A stretch of 63,843 nucleotides of DNA, counting the filler, from an uncultured Myxococcia bacterium (GTDB lineage: Bacteria > CAZTWC01): assembly GCA_964617105.1 (NCBI GenBank). It is 5 parts of 5 records of this genome, joined end to end, with 100 filler letters (N's around TTAATTAATTAA, not from the genome) between each part and the next. Parts side by side here need not be neighbours in the genome. Positions count along the whole stretch, not along the records: positions 13,618 to 27,117 come from CAZTWC010000081.1; positions 27,218 to 40,494 come from CAZTWC010000082.1; 3 more parts are not named here. One strand, 5' to 3'. A model generated the notes under the pieces. That model saw only the letters and a program-made list of their open reading frames with translations. It was not told the origin of the DNA and ran no database searches. The position numbers and the translations under genes are program-made. Below, piece by piece: positions 20,180-29,094 of this stretch; position 1 is the first letter of the stretch, and each line of letters opens with the position of its first letter.

Positions 20180-20275
20180 TTAACGCAAAGGCGCCAAGAT
20201 GCAGAGGTGCAAAGATAATTGTATTTTTTATACTTTGCGTCTTAGTGCCTTAGTGCCTTAGCGACTCTGCGCTAA
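20180..20275. repeat. Palindromic octamer array, copy 4 (4+5 units)
   Basis: TTAA CGCAAAGG CGCCAAGA TGCAGAGG TGCAAAGA [AT loop] ACTTTGCG TCTTAGTG CCTTAGTG CCTTAGCG ACTCTGCG CTAA. Confidence 0.85.
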
Positions 20276-20296
20276 ACTTAACAACAGGAAACTGTT

Positions 20297-22365
20297 ATGG
20301 AGAAAGAAGAAATACAGGTTGACAATACAATTGATGAACTTCTGGCCGCTCATTTCGAGGGTAAGATAGTCCGCAAGGACTTGACCAAACAGATCAAGGA
20401 AGGAGCCAATGTCCCGGTGTATGTCCTTGAATATCTGCTTGGCATGTATTGTTCATCCATTGACGAAGAACTGGTGCATGACGGATTGCAAACAGTAAAA
20501 AAAGTGCTGGCAGAAAATTATGTGCGGCCTGATGAAGCGGAAAAAATAAAGTCAAAGATTCGGGAGTTGGGAAACTACAAAATCATCGACCGGGTGACAG
20601 TAAAACTGAATGAAAAAAGAGACGTTTATGAGGCGTTTTTGTCAAATCTCGGCGTAAAAGGCATAGAGGTTTCCAGCAGTACAGTCAAACAGTATGAAAA
20701 ACTTCTGGCAGGCGGCATCTGGTGTATTATCACGCTTCAATATTTTTACGAAGAAGGTCAAAAAGGCTCACCGTTTTTAATAAACAGTCTCAAGCCCATT
20801 CAATTGCCTAATATGGATATGGAAGGCTTATTCAATGGCCGCAAGGAATTTACTACTGAGCAGTGGATTGATGTATTGCTCCGTTCCAGCGGAATGGAGC
20901 CTACCGTGCTCGATGACAGGGTCAAATGGAACCTGCTGATCCGTATGATTCCTTTTGTGGAAAACAATTACAACCTGGTTGAACTCGGTCCCCGGGGTAC
21001 AGGAAAAAGCCATCTCTATAAGGAAATAAGCCCTAATAGTATTTTAGTTTCAGGTGGCCAAACAACTGTTGCCAACTTGTTTTACAACATGAGCACAAGG
21101 CAGGTCGGGCTGGTTGGACTTTGGGATATTGTCGCTTTTGACGAAGTGGCCGGAATAAAATTCAAAGACAATGACGGTGTTCAGATAATGAAAGACTACA
21201 TGGCATCCGGCTCATTCAGCCGCGGCAGGGATTCAATCAACGCTCCTGCCGCCATTGTCATGGTGGGAAACATCAACCAGAGCGTTGACACTCTGGTAAA
21301 AACAAGTCATCTGCTGGCGCCCTTTCCGGATACAATGATAGACTCCGCCTTTTTTGACAGGATTCATGCCTACCTGCCAGGCTGGGAAATTCCCAAAATG
21401 CGGCCTGAGTTCTTTACCGATAGATATGGATTTATCGTTGATTACCTGGCTGAATTCATGCGGGAGATGCGTAAATATAACTTTGCCGATGCTGTCAGCC
21501 AATACTTTAAATTGGGCAAAGACCTTAACCAGAGGGATACAATCGCTGTCAGGAAAACAATTTCCGGTCTTTTAAAACTGCTTTTTCCACAAGGAGAATT
21601 TGACAAGGAAGATATTAGAAAATGCCTTGAAATAGCCCTGGAACACAGACGAAGAGTTAAAGAGCAACTTAAAAAAATTGGCGGCATGGAATTCTACGAA
21701 GTGCATTTCAGTTATATTGACCAGGAAAGTATGGAAGAGCATTTTGTGGGAGTGCCGGAACAGGGTGGAGGTTCTTTAATCCCAGACGGCCCGGGCAAAC
21801 CTGGTGTTCTCTATACAATCGCAAACGGCTCAAAAGGCATGTTGGGGCTTTACAGATTGGAACTCCAGATAACACCCGGCAATGGTAAACTCTCGCTTTC
21901 CGGCTTTGGATCAAACAGCACATCCAAGGAATCAGTCAAGGTCGCATTCGATTACCTGAAAGCCAATGCCGCCAGAGTAAGTGCTTCTATCAAAGTTTTT
22001 GAGCACGATTATCACCTCCACATTGTCGAGTTACACAACACCGGACCAACTACTGTACTCACTTTACCAAGTGTAGTAGCTTTTTGCTCAGCCGTTATGG
22101 GCAAACCTACTCAATCACAAATGGTTATTCTCGGTGACATGAGCCTTGGTGGGAGTATTGTCCCTGTTACCAATATCGCTGAAAGCCTGCAGGTTGCCTT
22201 TGATTCTNNNNNNNNNNNNNNNNNNNNNNNGGAAAGCGGATACTTATACCTATGAGCAGTGTGAAGGATATTCCCTCAATACCAGGAGAACTCTTTGCTA
22301 AATTCCAGACCAGTTTTTACGCTGATCCTGTGGATGCGGTGTTTAAGGCTTTGGGGGTGGAGTGA
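20297..22365 (+). CDS. brxL: BREX Lon-like AAA+ protein BrxL (spans an internal N-gap at 22208-22230)
   Basis: GANVPVYVLEYLLG, ELGPRGTGKSH, VAFDEVAG, MKDYMASGSF; after the gap another frame continues KRILIPMSSVKDIPSIPGELFAKFQTSFYADPVDAVFKALGVE-stop. Confidence 0.95.
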
Positions 22366-22366
22366 G

Positions 22367-24605
22367 ATGAAGATCGACCACCATAAAGATTTAAAAAATG
22401 AACTATTTCTTTTAGAAAGGAGACTCGAGGAACTCAACGGTGAACGAAACCAACGCATCGCCTTTATAAAAGGCAAATTAAAAACAGCATCTAGTTATCA
22501 GACTATTCAACCTGCACCCCAAAATGAGATTTTATCAAACCAACAATCATCTCAAACCCCTAAAGACAAGATCTCATTATTTATGAATCTTTTTAGGGGC
22601 CGTTCCGATGTCTATCCCAAACGATGGAGCAATACCAAAAAGAACACAAAAGGTTATTCTCCTGCATGCTTCAATGAATGGGAAAGAGGTATCTGCAAGT
22701 TCTGCCAGGAAAATGGGATGCTATCTTTTAACAGAGACTATGGGTGACCGGCATCAATTATCCATGTCATCATATGATCGCTTTTTCCCAAATCAAGATA
22801 CAATGCCCAAAGGCGGTTTTGGCAATCTAATTGCTTTACCTTTTCAAAATGAGCCGCGCCAAAAAGGCAATTCGCTATTTGTCAATGAACAATGGATACC
22901 CTTTCTGGATCAGTGGGCGTTTCTTTCGAGTATTAGGCGAATACCTCAATTTGAAGTTGATTTACTGGTTAAGGAAGCCCAGAAAAAAGGGCAAATCATT
23001 GGTGTTCCTATGGGGGAGCCCGTTGATGATGAATATTTGGAAACTCCCTGGAAACGTCCACCTTCGCGGCGAAAACCAAAGATTGACATTACAGGACCAC
23101 TACCCCAAAAAGTGCAAGGCGTTTTATCCCAACTGCTTTATCTAGAAATAGCAGCGCTGCCATCACCTCTAATAAACCAGATAAAACGGCTTGCCGCTTT
23201 TCAGAATCCGGAATTCTATAAAAAGCAGGCCATGCGTCTTTCTACCGCTCTCTCCCCCCGGGTAATCAGTTGCTCTGAAGAACATATACATCATATCGGT
23301 ATTCCCAGAGGATGTATCGATGATCTCAGGGATTTGCTAAGTGGTCTGAATATAACTCTTGAAATTGAAGATCAACGCACAATTGGTTCAGAACTCGATC
23401 TTTTTTTTCATGGTCAACTCAGTTCTATACAGAATGAAGCCGTTGAATCTATCCTTGCTCATGACATAGGAGTGTTTGTAGCGCCTCCAGGTTCAGGAAA
23501 GACTGTTGTTGGTGCAAACCTTATTACATGCCGTCGTCGCAGTACACTTGTTCTTGTCCACAGAACTCAATTGCTAGAACAGTGGATCACTCAGTTATCT
23601 ATCTTTTTAGATTTGAAACCAAAGGAAATTGGCCAAATAGGTGCTGGAAAACGAAAACCTAATGGCAACCTTGATGTTGCCATGATTCAGAGTCTAGTCA
23701 GGAAGGATAATGTTGATGATATTGTGGTAAATTATGGCCATATTATTGTTGATGAATGTCACCATGTTCCGGCTGTTTCGTTCGAACGAATAATGTGTGA
23801 AGTAAAAGCGCGTTTTATTACTGGGTTGACAGCAACACCCAACAGACGTGATGGGCACCATCCAATTCTTCAATTTCAACTGGGTCCTAAACGATTTATA
23901 ATAAACGACAACCAGACCAATGCCCGGCCTTTTGATCACAAACTCATTTTACAAAACACTGACTTCTCTTTGCCAAAAGAATCCACTGACAAAAATATTC
24001 AGGAAATATATAGCCTGATTTCCAGCGATGAAACCCGCAATCAATTGATTCTAGGTGATGTGATAAGCGCTCTTGAGAATGGCCGTTCTCCAATATTATT
24101 AACAGAACGTCGTGATCATCTTGAGTATTTTGCAACAAAATTAAAACATCTGGTTCCTAACCTCATTATCCTTCAAGGCGGAATGAAAAAGAAAGACCGT
24201 CAATCAGCCATTGAGAAACTCACATCTACTCACCAAACAGAAGAACGTCTCGTACTGGCAACTGGCAGGTTTATTGGTGAGGGTTTCGATGACGCCCGCC
24301 TGGATACATTATTTCTTGCCATGCCCGTTTCCTGGAAAGGTACTCTTATACAGTATGTGGGACGGTTACACAGGAAATTTCAGGCGAAAACTGAAGTGCA
24401 GGTGATAGATTATGTCGATCGTAATGTGCCTATGCTCATTAAAATGTTTAAAAAAAGAATGAAAGGCTATCGAGCCATGGGATATTCCATCTGTGACAAC
24501 GCCAATTCTTCAATGGAGCAAAATGAGTATACTATTGAGTATGATGAAGATGTTTTAATGGACTTAAATGATGCTCATTACCATAGTGAGCAACAGACTT
24601 GGTAA
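22367..24605 (+). pseudogene. TOTE-type AEP primase domain + SF2 (DEAD/DEAH) helicase gene with internal deletion/frameshift near 22695
   Basis: Frame 1: LFRGRSDVYPKRW...GYSPACFNEW..GICK; frame 2: ARKMG.YLLTETM...SYDRFFPNQDTMPKGGFGNLIALP, PPGSGKT, VDECHH, GLTATP, GEGFDDARLD; primase core motifs are missing. Confidence 0.75.
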
Positions 24606-24643
24606 AGATTTAATGTTTAACTTTACGATATTTAGGAATTATC

Positions 24644-25291
24644 ATGCCTGAGAAATCAGAATTAAAACCAAGAAAAATGATGGAAATCGCCATCAAGGCT
24701 ATGCGCCGGTCCCTTAAAGAGGAGCCCGTTGGTAGGGGCAGCGCTTTACAAGCCTGATGGCACTATTGATACGGCCTACCGTGGCGAATTGCGCGATGGT
24801 GATCATGCCGAATACACTTTATTGGAAAGAAAAAATAGAGATTGCAAACTCGATGAAGCCATTCTTTTTGCTACACTGGAACCGTGTGCAAAGGGAGCGC
24901 GCCAATTTCCCAAGTTAGGATGTGCCGAGCGGATCGTTAATGCCAGGATTAAAGAGGTTTGGGTATGAAAACGCTACGTACTATCCCTGAAAAATATGGT
25001 TTACCATTGCCAAAATATTCATACCTGGCTCCCTACTTGGTATTAACTCTTTTTAGAAATATGGAGGCAGTAACAGGTATATTAAGTAAGAAAGTTCAGG
25101 AATCTCTCATCGAGGCAGAACAGAAAGGTTGGCAATGGTTATCGACAAAGGGCAAAACTAAGTCAAGTCAGTATGCTGAGGCTTTGAATATTGATGGCCG
25201 TACTGCAAGGAGACATCTTAACCACTTTGTTAAACTTGGCATGGCCAAGAAAACAGGTTCAGGACCTTCGACTGAGTATGAGATTATTTAA
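24644..25291 (+). pseudogene. Zn-dependent cytidine/dCMP deaminase domain + C-terminal wHTH gene remnant, in three frames
   Basis: MPEKSELKPRKMMEIAIKAMRRSLKEE | SPLVGAAL...DHAEYTLLE...TLEPC...LGCAERIVNARIKEVWV | GLGMKTLR...LPLPKYSY..PYLVLTLFR...RTARRHLNHFVKLG...GSGPSTEY. Confidence 0.7.
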
Positions 25292-25314
25292 TTTTTTTGA
25301 AATTATTTAGAGGT

Positions 25315-25482
25315 TATCCGGACATGAACCCGGACACCATGTCCGGATAGGGTTCTTAAGCAAGATGTTTCTGTGCTATCCGGACATGATAATGGACATT
25401 TTGTTCGAATAATGAAGTTGCTAAGATAAAATATAAAATTATCGGACAGATGACAAAACTTAGGACACTTTTACTGACAATG
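25315..25482. repeat. Degenerate GGACA-motif repeats with a TATCCGGACATG...CATGTCCGGATA palindrome
   Basis: Copies at 25315-25349 and 25377-25411 (62-bp period) and a weaker one from 25440; GGACA recurs 12 bp apart within the first two copies. Confidence 0.55.
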
Positions 25483-25660
25483 CTTTTAACCAAGAAAAAC
25501 CACACAACTTTTAACCTGGACTCCACTTTGCACAGAGTTCCTCAGATTACAGCCCAACCCCTGATAATCACAGGGTTATCTCGCAATTCACAAGTTCCCG
25601 CCAGCCCTCAACCACCCATAAACCGGTTCGAGCGGAGGCGTGCGGCGGGGAGCCAGATAT

Positions 25661-25692
25661 AAGCCCATACGAACCTTCGTGTGGGCTTTTTT
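25661..25692. terminator. Stem-loop terminator
   Basis: AAGCCCATACGAA CC TTCGTGTGGGCTT followed by a T-run. Confidence 0.65.
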
Positions 25693-25695
25693 ATT

Positions 25696-25717
25696 TGGTA
25701 GTCCCACCGAAATTGAA
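25696..25717 (-). mobile_element. Possible degenerate tRNA 3'-end remnant (att-like)
   Basis: Minus strand reads TTCAATTTCGGTGGGACTACCA, resembling a T-loop/acceptor/CCA end, followed by a hairpin. Confidence 0.35.
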
Positions 25718-25777
25718 ATCCCCCATAACTGCGTAATCTAAAAGGTTTTTTGGGGAATCATGATTGACACATCATGA

Positions 25778-25922
25778 CTATATAGTCTTGTTGTCAATGT
25801 GCCGTTGAGAGGCAGTGGAGGACGGTTTTCTGGCCCTAACTTCAGTGTTGTAATGTTCTTCTGCCATGGCTGCATCAATATTCATAAGCAGCATGGCCAC
25901 TAAAAGAAAAAAAGTTGTCCAT
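25778..25922 (-). pseudogene. Probable remnant of a TonB-dependent receptor N-terminus (frameshift in a T7 run)
   Basis: RBS AAGGAAGGGAG, then MDNFF / LLVAMLLMNIDAAMAEEHYNTEVRARKPSSTASQRHIDNKTI-stop. Confidence 0.35.
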
Positions 25923-26023
25923 TTAACTCCCTTCCTTTTAAAAGGGAGAACTCTTTTGCATATTGAGTTGTAGGAATATATTATCTGGTAAAAGATTTTG
26001 TCCTCCTTATAACACCTCTTATC

Positions 26024-26050
26024 GTAGCACGAATTATACTACTGTAGCAC
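26024..26050 (-). promoter_or_regulatory. Putative NikR-type operator overlapping a TATAAT box
   Basis: Minus strand GTGCTAC-agtagTATAATtc-GTGCTAC (7-13-7). Confidence 0.45.
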
Positions 26051-26223
26051 ACCGTATTACTATTATCAAAAAGATATGCACTGTGTTAAAAAAATAAACC
26101 CATTTCAATTTGAAACCCTATTGTGCTATTATGGTTTCAAAACTAAACCGCCCCGCCAATCTTCAAATCAGGCTATTCAACTAACCAGATGATATAATAG
26201 GCAATATTCTATTGTGATTTTCC

Positions 26224-26239
26224 TGGCATGAATGCTGCA
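26224..26239 (+). promoter_or_regulatory. Sigma54 (-24/-12) promoter
   Basis: TGGCATGAATGCTGCA with exact GG-N10-GC spacing, about 80 bp upstream of the NifX-family gene; upstream palindrome TTGAAACC-N15-GGTTTCAA (26110-26140) is a candidate activator site. Confidence 0.7.
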
Positions 26240-26321
26240 TTACTTTGTTATCGTCTGTTGTCGGGGAGCTTTCTTAGGCGTTCTATTCCCGGTGACCCAA
26301 TATGTGTTGCGAGGATAATTT

Positions 26322-27117
26322 ATGCGGGTGGCCATCACTGAATACAATTTTGAAGTTTCTCCTCTATTCGAGTCCGCCCGCATGATCCTCGTCCTGGAGA
26401 TGAAAGCAGGGAAAATAGTTAACTGTAGGGAGCACAATTTTGATCTCCTCAATATGGCCGACCGGATCAACGATGTTACAGAGTTGAAAGTCCAGGCCCT
26501 TATCTGCGGTGCTATCAGCGGTTTCAGCCGCCATGCCCTGGAATCCCGGGGAATACAAATTTTTCCCTGGGTTTGCGGCAATATTGAGGAAGTTAAGAGA
26601 TATTTAGATGCCAGATATGATAATTCTGACAAAAATTTTAAAATAAAAAGGGGTAAAAAAATGAAAATTGCCATATCAGCAGGAGAACAGAATTTAGAAT
26701 CATTGATAGATCCTCGCTTTGGTCGCTGCCAATATTTTTTGCTGGTTAATCCCCAGACAATGGAGTGGGAGTCTTTGGAAAATCCCGGTCTCCTGGCCCA
26801 GGGAGGGGCCGGGATAAAAGCGGCGCAATTGATGGTGGATAAAAATGTCCAGGCGGTTTTCACCGGCAACTGCGGGCCTAATGCTTTTGGGATACTTAGA
26901 GTGGCTGGTATAGAAATTTTTCCACATTTGCAGGGAAAAATCAAGGATGTACTGGAAAAGTATAAAAATGGGGAATTGGAATCAACCACAGAACCCACGG
27001 TAAAAGAACACTTCGGCATGGGCGGCGGTGGACAAGGCGGCGGTGGCCAGGGCCGTGGCGGCGGCAGAGGCCAGGGCCGTGGTATGGGACAGGGCGGTGG
27101 AGGCGGCCAGGGTGGAG
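26322..27117 (+). CDS. NifB/NifX (Orp-like) FeMo-co-binding family protein with two tandem domains and a Gly-rich tail (3' truncated)
   Basis: VSPLFESAR...LICGAIS in domain 1; MKIAIS...IDPRFGRCQYF...GGAGIKAAQ...TGNCGPNAF in domain 2; GGGQGRGGGRGQGRGMG tail. Confidence 0.85.
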
Positions 27118-27217
27118 NNNNNNNNNNNNNNNNNNNNNNNNNNNNNNNNNNNNNNNNNNNNTTAATTAATTAANNNNNNNNNNNNNNNNNNNNNNNNNNN
27201 NNNNNNNNNNNNNNNNN
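27118..27217. other. Artificial contig linker
   Basis: N-run/TTAATTAATTAA/N-run. Confidence 0.99.
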
Positions 27218-27422
27218 CCATCAACATATCGGTGCCGCCAAAAATCTTCTCGATCCGGTCTAACTTCAGCCGTGAAGGGAAGGTTGGGGGCAACTGGCTT
27301 TTTACATCAGCATCGATAACCATCCGGGGCAGATAGGAGGCGAAAAAACCGGTAACCATAAAAAAGCAGGCAATTACCAACCAGGGAAACCTGGTTACAA
27401 ATTTGGCTAATTTGTCAATCAT
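27218..27422 (-). CDS. MMPL/RND-family transporter, N-terminal fragment (truncated)
   Basis: LAKFVTRFPWLVIACF TM helix, LP..FPSR..LDRIEKIFGGTD. Confidence 0.7.
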
Positions 27423-27434
27423 AAAAAGGTTGAC

Positions 27435-28325
27435 CTATACGATCTTCACACTAATTATATTGTCCGCCTTCACTACCAAATAGTCCTTCTTTAATTTATG
27501 ATAATCACCATCGGTATGATATTCATCAAATTCACCTTCGATTTTGATATTTTTTCCGGTGAAAACAACATCGTCTTTTGTCATTCGGTTAGATTTGAAT
27601 AGATATCTAAGCAGAGAGCAGATCACCAATTTCCAGGCTATCCAGCGACTACCACCTTTTACGCACCATACCTTATATTCATCAGTTGCAAGGTCTGCAT
27701 CAGGGGCTAAAATTTGCCCCCCCCCAAACAGGGAGGTGTTACAAACGGTGATATGGCAAAAAGTTCCCTTGAACTCACCATCAATAGTCACATTGATCTT
27801 TCTATTTGTGGCTGAGGTGAACCAGACACTATAAAGATAGAAGAAGAAACCAAATAATCCCAGGCTGAGTATTCTCAGCGGGTTAAACAAACGGCTTTTA
27901 AATATAACTTCCAATTTTTTATTGAACCATCTGGTGGTTTTAATAACCAGTTGTTCACAATACCCGACAGAAACTGCCACCACAAAAGTTTTCCCATTGG
28001 CCTTTCCAATACAAACTTTTGAGTCTTTGAGCCCTTTTCTTTTAATCTCTCGATGAACCACATTAAAGGTGCCAGCCGGAACCAGATAAATCAAACCTTT
28101 ATATTTAGTCATATGATATAGGGTTCCATCTCCTCCTAAAAGCGCGATCCACTTGGGATTTGATTTAAGAACATTGTAATCTCTGGAGACCGAAAAAACG
28201 AAATCTTTATTATCTTCAATTTTATCCAGACATTTCTGTAGAATCCGGGCCATAATCCCTAAGGAGAAATTACCGGCTCTCGGGTTTACAATCATAGCCC
28301 CATCAATTTGGTGATCATCATACAT
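27435..28325 (-). CDS. Diacylglycerol/lipid kinase family protein
   Basis: IVNPRAG, GGDGTL, PAGTFN, CNTSLFGGG..LAPDA, HTDGD. Confidence 0.8.
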   Translation of the reverse strand: MYDDHQIDGAMIVNPRAGNFSLGIMARILQKCLDKIEDNKDFVFSVSRDYNVLKSNPKWIALLGGDGTLYHMTKYKGLIYLVPAGTFNVVHREIKRKGLKDSKVCIGKANGKTFVVAVSVGYCEQLVIKTTRWFNKKLEVIFKSRLFNPLRILSLGLFGFFFYLYSVWFTSATNRKINVTIDGEFKGTFCHITVCNTSLFGGGQILAPDADLATDEYKVWCVKGGSRWIAWKLVICSLLRYLFKSNRMTKDDVVFTGKNIKIEGEFDEYHTDGDYHKLKKDYLVVKADNIISVKIV

Positions 28326-28509
28326 AAAAATAAACTCTTTCTAAATTGTTTTTAGCCATTTTTTGGTGTTTAGGTGACTTTACAAAAAATTATCGCTAAA
28401 ATCAACTGTGTAATCAATATTGCCTGGCTAACGTCGCCACTCCCTTCATCGCAGCGGACTCCGAAGCGATAATTCCTTCAGCGATTATTTATTTTTCAAA
28501 GATCTGAAT

Positions 28510-29043
28510 TTATAGAACCCTTAAATCCTTAAAATAACTTTGAGCATAAACTTGATAATTTTTAGCATGTTCCTGGATCATTTTCATTTCTTCGTTAGTT
28601 ACAGGGCGTTTTATTTTAGCAGGTGAACCAATAACCAACGTATTTGATGGAATTTTCATGCCAGGGGTAACTAATGCTCTGGCTCCAATTATAGAGTCAG
28701 AACCAACAACAGCGCCATCCATGATCACGGCTCCCATGCCAACTAAACAATTGGATTCAATTTTACAACCATGCAAAATTGTTCCATGCCCCACAGTGAC
28801 ATAAGGGCCAATATAAAGCGGGTATTCATCATGGGTTACATGAAGAATAGACCCATCCTGGATATTGGTATTGCTTTCAATGACTATGTGATTTACATCG
28901 CCTCTTATGACAACATTATACCAGATGCTGCTTTGCTCTCCTATGGTAACATCACCAATAATGGTAGCGTTATCAGCAATAAAGCAAGTGGGGTGAATCT
29001 TAGGCGATTGATTTTTATATTGGTAAATCATTTTTTCCATCAA
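28510..29043 (-). CDS. Gamma-carbonic anhydrase family protein (YrdA-like)
   Basis: IRGDVNHI, NIQDGSILH, VGHGTILHGC hexapeptide repeats. Confidence 0.92.
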   Translation of the reverse strand: MMEKMIYQYKNQSPKIHPTCFIADNATIIGDVTIGEQSSIWYNVVIRGDVNHIVIESNTNIQDGSILHVTHDEYPLYIGPYVTVGHGTILHGCKIESNCLVGMGAVIMDGAVVGSDSIIGARALVTPGMKIPSNTLVIGSPAKIKRPVTNEEMKMIQEHAKNYQVYAQSYFKDLRVL

Positions 29044-29094
29044 TGCGGGATGCGCCGCTCCTATAAATCCGACTCAAAGTAAAAAGGAAGGGTT

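Noticed and set aside
14304-20275. Octamer arrays as a CRISPR array or bona fide integron attC sites
   Set aside because: They are separated by whole genes rather than spacers, and there are no cas genes. There is no intI, the left ends do not fit RYYYAAC, and the internal tandem octamers are unlike attC.
22208-22255. Apparent frameshift or truncation of brxL
   Set aside because: It is caused by the 23-N scaffold gap; the conserved C-terminus continues to 22365.
26322-27117. Nitrogen fixation genes, and the Gly-rich repeat as a novel element
   Set aside because: NifX-family domains with GxGxG tails are common in non-diazotroph Orp-type clusters; no nifHDK is visible.
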